DNA of 64,000 bases from Geosiphon pyriformis uo1 (GCA_016748015.1 JAAOMT010000039.1:152259-216258); one strand, 5' to 3'. Counted from the stretch's first letter, positions 38,410 to 51,529 are shown. A program made the numbers and translations. Notes: generated from the letters alone by a model not told the origin.

Positions 38410-40471
38410 AGTTGGCAAGAAAAGATGTAATTAATTAACACGATTAAAACTTTGTTTTATTCTTGCTTGATATGTATTTTTCGATTCTGTCCTTTATTAT
38501 GATGAATCGCATTTTGGTTTAAGACAATCATTGAATATGGAGGATATGGTAGCTTTCGTATTGGTCATTTTGTTCAAATATAGTATGGGGAATTTTATTG
38601 GGTCTATATGATTACGAATTTGTATTTATATAGATAAAACCTCTATATTAGTCAGACTTCTTATAGTCACCACTTTTTATATCCTCAAGGTCTGATTACA
38701 ATGAGTTTAAACTGTAGTAGTAACAGTTTTAAACAAGCAACTATCTTTGGCACTCTAAAGAAATCTTTGCTATTAACAATTCAATGCGTTCCTTTCAAGA
38801 CGTCAACTTTTTAGGTGTGCCTTTCTTTTTTTTGGTTTCGATTTTTTTATTTAACATTCAAATCGTCTTCTTGAGGTCCTGGATTTTTTTATAAAAGCTT
38901 TATGGAGCATTTAATGTTTAACTTCCAAACTAAAAAATATACAGGTTTTTGGGAAAGTAATAATAGGCTATCATTAAACAAGTTCCTGAATTTTCGTCTT
39001 TCTGCTGGCAATTGAAATAATGAAATTACAAACAATCATCATTATAACAGTGAACTTGAGAAACTTGGCAAATATTATATTAAAGAGAAAAAGATCCTTA
39101 AATAGAGGAATCTGTTAAAGGAAAGTATAGTTATTTTTTTATTAAAACACTTGGTCAGTCATGACATCTGAATATACCGATTACCTTCCAGGGTTTGTCC
39201 TTGTAGTGAGAAATGATTTATCCTTGTTGGTAAGAACAAAGCTCAGCAGAATATCTTGGGGGTTTGTCCTTGTTTTGTGGTGTTTTATATACTAATGTTG
39301 AGCAGCTTAAAATAATTTAATATTCCACTTATTTTTACAAATTTCCTTATTTCAAATGAAAATACACTTGCTTTTTGATTTTCTAAACAATATCAATGAG
39401 TTTCCCTATTTTATTTAGGCTAAAAACTGATTTGGTTGTTAAGTGTAAAAGTTCTAGCACTTTTTTGAAAGCTTGTTTCTTTTTTATCAAATTATTTCGA
39501 CCTTAAAAAAATTAAATATCTTGGGTGTATTTTACTAATCTCAAGGCTACAATTAAAATTCAAGATTTGGTTCCAAATTACACAGACGGATAACTTTATT
39601 ATTGAAAACAAAAGTCTATCAATAGATCGCAGAACCCTTTCTTTTTATAATTTCTTTGACACGTTTTAGCATCGAGTCAAGAAAATTGAACAAATGTTTT
39701 TAATCTATCCAATAAATCCTGCTCTTCCAAGTCAGCTTCTGTTTGTGGCTTTCGGTTTTTTTTGATGAATTCAATTTTTAATTTCTCTGAGATTTTCGAC
39801 ATTCAGAACGTTTATCAATAATAGATTTTCATTTCTTTTAGTTCTAATCGTTTAAGACAATTTTTAAAGCAAGTAATGAACCTTCCAATAATTCCGTACT
39901 CTTTCTTGGGCATTTTTACCGTATAACATTCGTTTTAAGTAAGATCTTTTTGGCTACTAATTTTTGTATACATTTCAAAAATTCAAGTCGTTCTTTAACT
40001 AAACAATATATATTAAAAAAAAGATGAATGTCTTGTTATTAAAAGTAACAAGACAGATCCAATCTAAAAGTTGTTAGTATTACTAAATCTTTGAAATTCG
40101 TCTTGAGATCTTTTTACCCGTCTGTACATGTGCCTAGATATGCAAAACGTTCGAAGCGGAAAAAGTTTTAAAATGAGTATTTTGGACATCTTTGTGGGAT
40201 GCTAATATGATAAATAATCTTATGATTGAGTGCAAAGCCATTTAAGAATTGCGAATTGGGGCTTTGAATTCGTGGTTTGTCAATTTTGTTTTATTGTTAA
40301 TTCAATTTAGTGAATTTCGAGACTTTCATTTTTTAAACGTTTCTGGAAAAAACAGGATGAATGAAAGAGCAAATTCAGAACAAAATTCAATTTGGAAAGA
40401 AATTCTAGTTCTCACAAAGACAAAGATGAAAATGTTAAATTCTCAGTTCACTATTATTAATTCAAAAATCA

Positions 40472-40906
40472 TCAAAATTTTGGTAAAAGAACGGCCATTA
40501 ATACAGACAACAAGACCGCAAATGCAGCCTCGTTAAACATCGAAACCGCAGAACTTTTCTTTGCCGTAGTGCTGGTACTATTATTTGCGGATGTTGTGGT
40601 TCCCGATGAATTATTAGAGCCAGTAATAGGTTGAGACTCATTAGTTAGCTTATTACTAGAGTCTTGGTTGCCGGTAGGACTATTCCCGTTATCCTTCCCA
40701 TAACGAATCCCGTTTCCACCCCCAATACCGGTGCCACCCCCATTACCGTTACCACCCCCATTACCGTTGCCGCCCTCATTACTGTTGCCTCTCTGACGTT
40801 TCTTGACATCATTGATGTCGCTGGGAGTTGCAGTGACGATGGCTAACGTCAGTGAAAGAAGAAAGACAAATAAAACAATATAGAAAAAGTGTTGTCTTTG
40901 AGCCAT
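40472..40906 (-). CDS. Small secreted, probably GPI-anchored Gly/Asn/Ser/Thr-rich protein (144 aa)
   Basis: Hydrophobic signal peptide, KKR dibasic site, (GGNGNG)n, an S/T-rich stalk, an SSA omega-like site and a hydrophobic C-terminus. Confidence 0.88.
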   Translation of the reverse strand: MAQRQHFFYIVLFVFLLSLTLAIVTATPSDINDVKKRQRGNSNEGGNGNGGGNGNGGGTGIGGGNGIRYGKDNGNSPTGNQDSSNKLTNESQPITGSNNSSGTTTSANNSTSTTAKKSSAVSMFNEAAFAVLLSVLMAVLLPKF

Positions 40907-41989
40907 ATTTTTATATGAGAGGTGGGAAGAAAATTATAATATATGTTTAAAGAACAGTAATTAACCAATTGAGTAGAATTATTGTTACAAGAAAAAACTG
41001 CTGTTGAGATTTCAAAATTTATCTCTTAGGGGGTGCAGGATAGTATTTTTATGGTTTTTTTTGTCGAATGGCACAAGCGTATGAACGAATGAAAAATATT
41101 TTGTCATGACTTCTGAGGCCTGTTGACTTTTTGTTGATTTTTCCTTCTAATCATCACCTTGTGAAAGCTTTCGAACAACATTGAGCTCGCTGTGCTAGTA
41201 ATTCTTAAAGATTTCTTTTAGGTGAATGAATCTGTTTGAAAATTTCCCAATCTAAACCTCAATTGCTGGCAGGTAATGAAATGGATAAAAGTTATTTTTT
41301 ATCGCTTGGCAATTGGGAATATTCTATTTGCGCTCTTGTTTGTTACTTTGGCTTTTCCTATCGGCAAAAAGAATTATAATCAACTGTGAAATTTTTTTTG
41401 CGCATAATAAAAATTAGACTTATATAGAATGAGATCCAAGCAATATTTTTGAATTCCATTCCATTGTGGGCTTTGAACGAATGAAAATGATTCAGATTTT
41501 TGGATATATCGTAACCAAGCCTCATAAAATTTTACCAATTCTCTTCATTTTTTTTTTAAAATTTGTGTGACAATGATAAAGTTTCTGCGTCAGTTTTTAT
41601 GTAAAGGAAATATTTCGCCACGTGATCGGAAAAAAATTGAATAATAAGAAGAATGCTTTTGCGTGATCATTTTTCAAATTCAAGAACTTTCTAGAATGGT
41701 GGAGACGATGGTTGCCAATTTTTTTATCTTTGAAAGACTTTGGTAAAAATTTATTCAAAAGAAATAAGGTTTGATTTGATATTTATTTCCTTTCCGAAAA
41801 TCATATTGACTTTGTAAAATAAAATTTGTAGTCTCTTTCAATGGGAAAGATATGAATATGTTATTTGACCCACTTACATAAAAAATCCTAATATTGACCT
41901 CCCTTCAATACCGTAATGATGAGGAACATGGATCCCCAATGCTTTTTTCTTGGCTGTCATTGATACAATAGCAATCCAACCGGATTGAA

Positions 41990-43299
41990 TTATTTCTTCT
42001 TATAACAATTACCAGTAATCCCATCTTTGGAACACCGACCGCAAATTGGCTCTATTCTATCACAGCCACGATGTCTTTGGCGACAACGAGGACATGGTGA
42101 TGGTTTTATGAGAGGAGCCGTGGTGGAGGACGGATCGGGAGATGGTGACGTGATATTTCGAGTGTTTTGGGACTTTTTAAAAGCAAAAGGATCAGATTAT
42201 TAACTATAAGTGATCTAAAACCAAGGAAATTTTACAAACCCTATTTACTTGTGAAGCAAGAGCCGAGTTTTTTGGAGTCGGAGTTGGAGATTTTGCGGTC
42301 GCGAGTTTCTTATCGAATATTTGTAAATTTAATGTTTAGTACTTTTTATTCACAATTCTATTGACAGAAGGAATAGTTTCATTTATTTACCTTAGAACTA
42401 GATCTCGTCGATTTTGATCCCTCCACAGGTCTCCTATTCGATCGACTTTGATTATATAATATTACTGACGAATTTCGCCTTTTTTGGGCTCGGTAATCAG
42501 GTTCTGCCGTCGCAGGTCTTTTACCAGTAGATTTGGTTGATTTATAAGAGTTTGGAGATTCAAAGTAATCTTTACTTTTTGACCCGCCTTTGCTATTACT
42601 TGCCGACGATTTCCCTGTTGAAATTTTTTGCTGCTTTGCCGAAATGGGTGCTCTTTTAGGAGAAACGCTGATGGGAGCCGATAGACTTTTCAGTTTATAA
42701 CTTTGCCTCGTAGCATATGGTCTGAGGGTCGATATTTTATCAAAGACGCTCGAATCATCTAGAAAAGGGTTTGGGACATTAGGTTGATGATCCACGGTAT
42801 AATTTTCCGGACTGGAACCACGTTCGCTTTCATCACAGTCATTTTCAGATATCGCATCATCATATTCTTTTTCATCTCCCGAAATCTCTGCTGCTGAGGT
42901 ATCCTCTTCAGTATATTCAATCAGGGATGAAGGAATATTTTGTCTTCCATCGGGGAAATAATCCTGTGATAAATAATCTCTACTAAGGTCTGAATCTTCT
43001 ATGCCTTCGAAAGCCAGGCTTTCTTCAAATACTTTTTCGTGTGGATAATTTCGTTGGTATGTATCTGAAGATTCCACATGAACCAAATAAGAATTACTGG
43101 CAGCTTCCTCAAAAGAATCATAGTCAAGCGGAACCAGAATATTATGTTTGTCGTATAATTTTTCGAATGAGTTCAAGTGATAAACCTGACAAATTTTTTC
43201 ATGAATCATATCGGGAGTATCGGAGTCACAAATCTTTATGAGACGAGGCGAGTTGGTTCCCCCTTTGTAAATCAAAATTGTTTTGAAGTCTGCAGTCAT
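41990..43299 (-). CDS. Protein with C-terminal Zn(II)2Cys6 cluster (~383 aa; exons 43299-42391, 42308-42249, 42172-41990)
   Basis: Two phase-0 GT-AG introns. The last exon encodes CPRCRQRHRGCDRIEPICGRCSKDGITGNC (Cx2Cx6Cx6Cx2Cx8C). Acidic middle region and basic NLS-like QKRR. Confidence 0.85.
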
Positions 43300-44429
43300 T
43301 TTTGTTGGCTTAGGAGAAGAAATGGGGGAAATTTAATTAACCGACTATAAAATTTCGAATTTTGAGAGTCCCCGAAACAAGGATTCAAAGGGGGCGAGGC
43401 AAAATTTAAAAGATTGATTTTCGGATAGCAACCAATTAGTAAAATAATAATTATCTGGGTGCCTTTCAGTATTTGATATTATTCGAAATAAATTTTCCCG
43501 TTTTTCTTCCAAATTTTTCCTTCCTTCCTACCTTCGTTTTACCGGCGGGGGAAATTTTCGTTCGTTGATGCGGTCTCTGGATTGGGAAAAGCTTCACCTA
43601 AAGCATAAGAGGGTAACACCATTCACCCATAACGATATGCAGAAAAGTTTACTAACTATATATCTGATTGCCCGCATCAATGTGTACACTGTTGATCATT
43701 ATATCAAAGCAGCTCCTCAATAAATGCCTTTATAAATTTATTTATAAAAAAAAAAACCTTTTGTCAAAATAAGAAAAATGATTATAAGAATTTATTAAAA
43801 TATTTTTAATAATAATTTTATAGAATAATTAATTTTTTTTTACTTTTTATTAATTCATTAATAAATTAATATTACATAAATTAGTATTATTATTTATTTA
43901 TTATTTTTTAACTTTTATTTTATTTAAGAATTTAATTAATTATTTATTTATTGTTATAATTATTTATTTATTTATTTATTGTTATTATAATTATTTAAGT
44001 ATTTATTTATTTATTGTTATTATAATTATTATTTGCAATTAATTAATTATTATACTTATAAAAATTAATTAAAAATTTATTTTTTAATCTTTAAAAATAA
44101 TTTATTTAAAATATTTTATCAATTTAATTTTTTTTTCAAAAAGTTTTAAACAATATAAAATATTATATATTATTTATTTATAATAATAATAATAATAATA
44201 ATAATAATTAATAATTTAATTATAATTAATAATAAAGTAAAAGCTTACCATTTTTTTTTAAATTTAAAAGTAAAAATAATATGATTTGATTCATATTTTA
44301 AAAAGCAAAATGTTTTTTAAAATAAAAAAAATAAAAAAAATAGTGTCCTATATCTTAATCTAGCTAGATCCTAAATTTTGTTTATATATCACGTATAGTT
44401 TCTGAAGAATTAATATACATATACATTTA

Positions 44430-45100
44430 TTTAACTAAATAAGGAATCTCGATTCTATGGAATCCCGGATAAAAAAATATTCTTAAAAAAAGAAGATATT
44501 CTTACGTCAGTGTTATGCTACTCATGAAGAAAAATATCCTGAACCCTGGGGATTTGAGCCGGTATTTTTCCTTCGAATAAATATATATTCCAATACCAAC
44601 TTTGATATTTTGATAGGCTAATAATCTATAATTTTTTAAAGCTCGGTGATCCAAATGAAATTTACTGCGGATTATATCTTCGCATCCTTTAAAAGAAAAA
44701 TAAAGACTGAATTGAAAGAAATACCTATCGATAAACTTTATTTATAAAAGAACTCTGCAGGAGTGAATACTTAAACAAAGTTGAAGTGACAAGTCCGAAC
44801 TCTAGGCACTGACATTAGCTCTATATTGACAACTTTCAAATGAATGGCAAACAATCCGAGATAAAAGTTAAAACACTTTTAAATTATATCGTGTAACTGA
44901 CAGATATTTTTTTGAGGTGCTTATGAATGAGGTCCAGAAACTAGTTTGTTTCTCATTCAAACACACAGATGCTGCCATAATCCTTTTTGAAGAAGTCTCA
45001 AAACCGAGATTATGAAGTAGGCGGCGTAATTCGGAAGGCTATAAGGATATTTCATCTCGCCAAGATGGATATCCTAATTTTAGTGATTTCAATAAATTCT
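44430..45100. pseudogene. Decayed coding-like island, unidentified
   Basis: GC-richer patch with sharp AT-rich flanks, no ORF of 60 aa or more, and no motif recognised. Confidence 0.3.
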
Positions 45101-47226
45101 TTACAGATTTTTTATGAAAAAATCCTTAATATTTTCAAACTGTTGTAAATTTATTGTATTCATTTTCCCTTAAATCCTGTTTAGTTTAAAGTCACAAATA
45201 ATAGGAAAAAAATGTCCAATTAACAGTCATTTAATATTAGAAATGATTAAAAAATATTTTATTTTAATGTGAAAAACAATTAAATTAACAAAGTGTTCAA
45301 AATATCAAAAACTTGAAAAGAAAATTAAAAAAATAGGCTTATATATAGAATAATGATTAGGATCAGTGATTTTTTTAAAAAATAAACATAATAACAATAT
45401 AATAATTAAAATCATAACTTTCTAAATGTTGAAAATTAATTTTGAATAATTATTTAGACTACAATATATATATTATTATTTAAAGGGTATTATAAAAAAA
45501 ATAGTTTCCATAAAAAGTAACATTTTAGTATCGGTTTCAAACCTTACACATGTACATGTACATATGTACCTTATTAATTACCATTTATAGTAAAGAATTG
45601 ATCATCATTTTTTCAAGTTGCTTTCTGTTTTACTTTTTTAATGTACTTGAAATTATTATTATTATTATTATTATTATAATTATCATGATTTCTTAAAATA
45701 AATATGGGAATTACATTTTTAATTCATAAAAATAATTCCGTAGAGAAATAGAAAAATAAAAATTTCGCAACCCTTTTTTTCAATAAATTTCATCATTTGG
45801 AAGTTTCCTTTACATTCCTGTACTTCGGATATTACTACTTTCGTTCTGCATTACCAAAAAAATTGACAAAAGAGAACGTAAAAATCATTTTCAATATTTA
45901 TAGTTAAGAGCATTTAGAAATTAAAAATAGTTTTAGAATTTTTGATTTGACGAATTTTATTTTTTGATAAAGAGTAAATAAATGAAAAGAATGTTTTCAT
46001 AAACAAATATTCATGATCACAGGGCTTTAAAAATTGAAAAGACAATCAAAAGGATTTTTCAATTGTATCTTTCATTTTTTCTGAAATAAAGTTAAAAAAA
46101 TTAAAAACAATACAAATATTGTTTGAATAGAATAGAATCTAAAAGAGGAAGCATTTTCAATTTAAAATTCATTATACAAGCCCCTAAAAAAATGTAAAGG
46201 GTAACAAAGGGAATCATAGAAATTACAAAAAAAGCCATTTATGATTCTGCAATAAATTATCGAAAATAAGAAAAAACAAAGATATGGAGAAGATTCTCAA
46301 AAGATTTGATACCATCTTTATCCATAAAAAAAAAAAATCCAGTTTTTCAAATTTGTTTAACAAAGATGTATTCATAATTGAAAATTCTCTCTTTTAGATT
46401 TGTTTTTGTTTTAGGGTCTCTCTTTGAAAATAAAATTTATTTTAACGCGATAAAAATTTGAATATATATAAATTTTTTTGAAGGATTAAACTAAAATATT
46501 TTATTTACTAGATTTTTTTCGTGTGAGTGCTTAAATCTAATATTTTTTATATATTATATACAAATAAAAAGTGGTTTTATTGATAGTAAAATTCATATTT
46601 CATTCAAGAAAGTACATTAACTGATTATTTGTATGTGTGATTCTTTAAAGATATCTATCATTTTATTATTCTTTTATATCAATCAATCAATCAATTAAAA
46701 ACTGATAAAAATTTCGGATCAAATAGATTTGGTTTTTGGAATATCTGAATATCTGATATTTAAATCACGATTTAAAGATATCAAGTAGAACAATAGGAAA
46801 AAGACAATATTTACCAAATATTGTTTTTCAAAAATTAAAATCACAATGTGATTTGTGATTGTCGATTAATTCAGTTTTTTTTTTTAAAATATTATACCCT
46901 CGTGAGATGGTGATAGTGGTGTCTTAAATACCCGATACACAAAGAAATGTTTATAAAAATTGTTTATTGAAAAAAAAAAAGAAGGTATTTCGATTGTCAC
47001 GGACCATGGGGGGTGGGGTTGAATATCAAACAAATTTTTTTAATGACATAAAAATACCGTTTTCCTGAATTTATCTTTCGTCATTTTTTCTTTCGTCAGA
47101 GAGATAGAAATCTTTAAAATCTTTAAAATCATTACAAATTTTATAAATAAATTTGATTTTTTTTTAAACGAAACAAATTATTTTAAAATTAATTAATTTA
47201 TCATGGTATTAATAGCCCATGCATTC

Positions 47227-47262
<36 letters not shown>

Positions 47263-47731
47263 NNNNNNNNNNNNNNNNNNNNNNNNNNNNNNNNNNNNNN
47301 NNNNNNNNNNNNNNNNNNNNNNNNNNNNNNNNNNNNNNNNNNNNNNNNNNNNNNNNNNNNNNNNNNNNNNNNNNNNNNNNNNNNNNNNNNNNNNNNNNNN
47401 NNNNNNNNNNNNNNNNNNNNNNNNNNNNNNNNNNNNNNNNNNNNNNNNNNNNNNNNNNNNNNNNNNNNNNNNNNNNNNNNNNNNNNNNNNNNNNNNNNNN
47501 NNNNNNNNNNNNNNNNNNNNNNNNNNNNNNNNNNNNNNNNNNNNNNNNNNNNNNNNNNNNNNNNNNNNNNNNNNNNNNNNNNNNNNNNNNNNNNNNNNNN
47601 NNNNNNNNNNNNNNNNNNNNNNNNNNNNNNNNNNNNNNNNNNNNNNNNNNNNNNNNNNNNNNNNNNNNNNNNNNNNNNNNNNNNNNNNNNNNNNNNNNNN
47701 NNNNNNNNNNNNNNNNNNNNNNNNNNNNNNN
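47263..47731. other. Assembly gap
   Basis: Run of N preceded by poly-A. Confidence 1.
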
Positions 47732-47889
47732 AAAAGATTAATTTTTTAACAAAAAAAGTATATTTTGGTATCATTAATTTATTTAGTATCTTAATAAATT
47801 CTGTATCAAGAAAACCTGAGAACAAAAAAACAAAGATGCGACAAATAAAATTTTATATTGTTCACAGGTAAAGGAAAAAACTTTTTGTA

Positions 47890-47931
47890 TTGATGATGAT
47901 TATGATCATGATAATGAAAATGATGATGATC

Positions 47932-48001
<70 letters not shown>
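47890..48001. repeat. Compound (ATG/ATA)n microsatellite
   Basis: Directly visible. Confidence 0.95.
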
Positions 48002-48002
<1 letters not shown>

Positions 48003-48635
48003 TTTATTCTCATTCATCAGATCTAGCCTATAAAAAAAGCACAAAAGGTATTTGTAAAGCCTTTGTCTTTCCGTTTAACCTGTTTCTAAAAGTAACAGCC
48101 CACCAGTAAATTTTTTCAAAGAGGTGTGACTTTTATGAACAATGGAGAATTGTTGTTAATCATGAGAATTATGTCACTTTTGTGATCGGTCGGTTCGTAT
48201 ATTTATACATTACCACCCAATATTGTTAAAAAAACGTGATATGTTTCGCTAAAAATAAAATATTGAAAAAAAGCTAGTGTTGGAAGTTGATTATATAAAT
48301 TTTAATGGATCTGATTTTCAGATCTATTAAAGTACAAAACAAAAATTGAAACTTTTGGATAGAATTGTCAAAGCCCATATTTATCAGGAGGTTTTTCAAA
48401 AGGTTCACGTGGTCTTTAACCTTCCCTCTTAAAAACTTTCAAATATTCGGGGCCCCCCCCCTCCCCCACGCGAGATTAACTAATACCTATTCAAAATCAA
48501 TAAGTTTTAGCTATCCAGTCTACATAATTCGTTTTTCTTCAAGCTCTGCGAGTTTTCAGTTTCTGTTGCCTCAATAATTTTTTTAATCTGGAAATTGTTT
48601 TTGTGGATTCAAAGTTAATATCCGGCCGCCACTGC

Positions 48636-48638
<3 letters not shown>

Positions 48639-48667
<29 letters not shown>

Positions 48668-48668
48668 C
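48639..48668. repeat. (CA)n microsatellite
   Basis: Directly visible. Confidence 0.95.
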
Positions 48669-49323
48669 CACCATTATCAGACAAGAATTTGGAAAATTTC
48701 TCAACTCATCGACATTTTGTTGAGTGATCAAAAAAAAATCTAAACTTCATAAAATCCTTTTGACATAATAAAAGGTTCAATGCCACAAAATTATCAAACC
48801 AAAAAATCCGTACCCAATTTTGGTACATTGTACAAGACTGCACCACTGCGTTACCATGATGATTTTCCCAATTGATACAGATTTTTTTAAAATCACCCCC
48901 CTGAATACAATACTTCACTTTTCGATCTGATCCACAATTGGGTATGACAAACGCTCCAGATAATGCACAATCAACAGTCTATTGTTCGTCTCAGAGAACC
49001 CAGTTATCATGATGACTTTTTTTATTTTCGTGGTACGATTCAAATGATTATCCACTTTTGACATTTTCCTAACACACAATGGGTACACGATTTATTGATT
49101 CATAATGATATTATACAACCCAAGAGTTGATCGATGATTCAATTGTTGGTTGTTGGTATTTTGTTTGCGTGTTCTAATGTGACTTTTTATTTTGTGCTTG
49201 GGATGTTTTTTTTTTCTTCCGGAGCTTACAGCCGTGTAAACACTCTATATAGAAATTCTTATATTAATTAAGGTGACATTTTTCCCCACTTAATCTTCAA
49301 ACTTGGTCGATTTTTGTTGTCAT

Positions 49324-49376
49324 TAGTAGTAGTAGTAGTATTGGTAGTAGTAGTCGTAGTAGTAGTAGTAGTAGTA

Positions 49377-49430
<54 letters not shown>

Positions 49431-49442
49431 GTTGTAGTAGTA
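49324..49442. repeat. Compound (TAG)n(TAA)n microsatellite
   Basis: Directly visible. Confidence 0.95.
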
Positions 49443-49707
49443 CTCTTGTTCTTTTTTGCATGTATTTAGGGTGTGTTATTCTTTATACATCTCTTCTCAT
49501 AATCAATCAGCAAATTAGCAATTGTCACACGAACACAAGAAACAATAACCCGGAATAAATTAACATATATATATAAATATCTTGCTGCCGTTCTTTTCAA
49601 CTCAAAAAAATTATCAGGGACACGCGCTCGCGACTTCTTTGTAAAAAAGGCCATCATTAATTCCAATTTATCGGCATTAATTTGCACAATAAAGACTTGC
49701 TTCATTT

Positions 49708-49745
<38 letters not shown>

Positions 49746-49758
49746 AATCATAATCATC
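49708..49758. repeat. (ATC)n microsatellite just upstream of the F-box start codon
   Basis: Directly visible. Confidence 0.9.
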
Positions 49759-49765
49759 AAACAAA

Positions 49766-51373
49766 ATGTATATAGAAAACGGCATAAATCTTTTACCACC
49801 AGAGATTCTCAGTCAAGTTTTCAGGAACTTGCAAGGTGATAGTAAAAGTTTATTCTCCTGTCTACTGGTGAGCAGAGCATGGTGTCGACAAGTTGTACCG
49901 ATACTGTGGAGTTCTCCGTTACGTTACGGTTGTGTGAAAGAAGAGTCTAGCGGATTTTTTATCGAATCATTATTATCGTGTTTGAATCTTGACGAACGGG
50001 AAGAGTTACGGGTAGCTGGTATCAATCTCGATAAACCAAGAAAACCTTTCTTTGAGTACACGAATTGGATTCGAGAATTTGATTTTAAATCATTGGACAT
50101 TAAAGTCTCCTATTGGTTTTACAACCATTACCTGACCAACAGTCTAAATTACAAATCCGCTCAAGGGTCTAATAATTCTCAAATTGCTGCCGTGACCACA
50201 CAACTCTCAAAGTTAATCACAAATAGATCCCCTTTATTGACCAGTTTCTGGTTAACTAAACGAGATTCATCCATAAGCACACAAAGTTTACCTGATTTCA
50301 CCACTTTTCATAGACTAGATTTTGCCTTACGACGATTCGAACATGTTTATCTACATGGAAACTTTGATGAATTTGACGAACAAGATATTGACAACGTTCA
50401 TTCTTTATTGAGTGCGATGAAAGTTGTGTGTCGAAATATTCAAATTTTGGAAATTGAATTTCGTGGCTGTACCGACCTTTTCGAAAGACATGTTGAAGGT
50501 TTAATCCGATTACAAAAAGGTCTCGAAGAAGTTGCCTTTGATGATATCTCTGCGATGCAAACTTCTGCGATCGCTGCACTTGCTTCTCAATCTCATTCAC
50601 TCATCACCCTGGAATTTAGAAGTAGTTGCCTGGACAGAATCTCCCTTAGTCCATTGTCAAATTGTACAAAATTGAAGACTTTGGTTTTTGATGAATGTGA
50701 AATGTTTCCTGATGATTTCTGGCGTCCGTTGTTATGTAGTCAGATAAAATTGGAGAAGCTTCATCTTCGTGATAATCATTCTTACGGCAATTTGGAAGAT
50801 CTAATCAGTTTGATTCAAAAGTGCGGACCATCTCTACGAGAACTTCAATTAATACAACCATCCATTCCTCCAACTCTTTTACATACTGTCGCTCAATGTT
50901 GTCCCAATCTCACACATTTGGATGTTTTAGCTGATCCATCGTTGACAACAGCTTTGCAACATGTTCTTTCTCGATGCGATCAACTTACCTATTTTTCCCT
51001 ACGTGGTGAAGATGACGAAAATATTAATTGTGATGAATTATTACCAGCCTTAATAGAAGGCTTCCCAGAATCGGTACGTCATGTGAATCTATATTTTCCT
51101 GTGACGGCTACCGCTCTATCAACATTTTTAAGAGTTTGTGGTGGGCCATTACGAAAGTTGGGATTGCATCAAGTTGAAGGGATCTCGGATGAATGCGTGA
51201 AACTTTTAGCCGAATACGGTACAAGTCCTCAAGCATCTAAAGATCTTATAATTGGGATCGATCAGCAGACCTTACAATTTAAATGTGATAAATTCTTGGT
51301 GGAAAATTTAAAGAAATCGTGCCGATATACTCATGTTCTTTATTCCGATGCTAATCTTATACCTAGTTTTTGA
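49766..51373 (+). CDS. F-box / LRR (RNI-like) protein (535 aa)
   Basis: F-box LLPPEILSQVFRNL...LFSCLLVSRAWCRQVVPILW, followed by LRRs (LKTLVF, LEKLHL, LRELQL, CPNLTHLDV). Confidence 0.95.
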   Translation: MYIENGINLLPPEILSQVFRNLQGDSKSLFSCLLVSRAWCRQVVPILWSSPLRYGCVKEESSGFFIESLLSCLNLDEREELRVAGINLDKPRKPFFEYTNWIREFDFKSLDIKVSYWFYNHYLTNSLNYKSAQGSNNSQIAAVTTQLSKLITNRSPLLTSFWLTKRDSSISTQSLPDFTTFHRLDFALRRFEHVYLHGNFDEFDEQDIDNVHSLLSAMKVVCRNIQILEIEFRGCTDLFERHVEGLIRLQKGLEEVAFDDISAMQTSAIAALASQSHSLITLEFRSSCLDRISLSPLSNCTKLKTLVFDECEMFPDDFWRPLLCSQIKLEKLHLRDNHSYGNLEDLISLIQKCGPSLRELQLIQPSIPPTLLHTVAQCCPNLTHLDVLADPSLTTALQHVLSRCDQLTYFSLRGEDDENINCDELLPALIEGFPESVRHVNLYFPVTATALSTFLRVCGGPLRKLGLHQVEGISDECVKLLAEYGTSPQASKDLIIGIDQQTLQFKCDKFLVENLKKSCRYTHVLYSDANLIPSF

Positions 51374-51529
51374 AAATCGGGTAATCGACGAATTTAATTT
51401 ATTAATAGTTTCAACGAGCTCTTTAAATATATATATATATATGTCTTTTTTTGTTTTTTTTTGTTTTTTTTTGTTTTTTTTTGGGCTAATTAGGCTTTAT
51501 CTGTAATATAATTTTTCTTTTTATTTCTA

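Noticed and set aside
47193-47871. ORFs of 176-222 aa spanning the first gap
   Set aside because: Artefacts of translating N runs and poly-A.
47862-48044. Poly-Ile ORF
   Set aside because: Translation of an (ATA)n microsatellite.
48857-48930. Possible box C/D snoRNA (ATGATGA...CTGA)
   Set aside because: No terminal stem and no recognisable rRNA antisense element; such boxes arise by chance.
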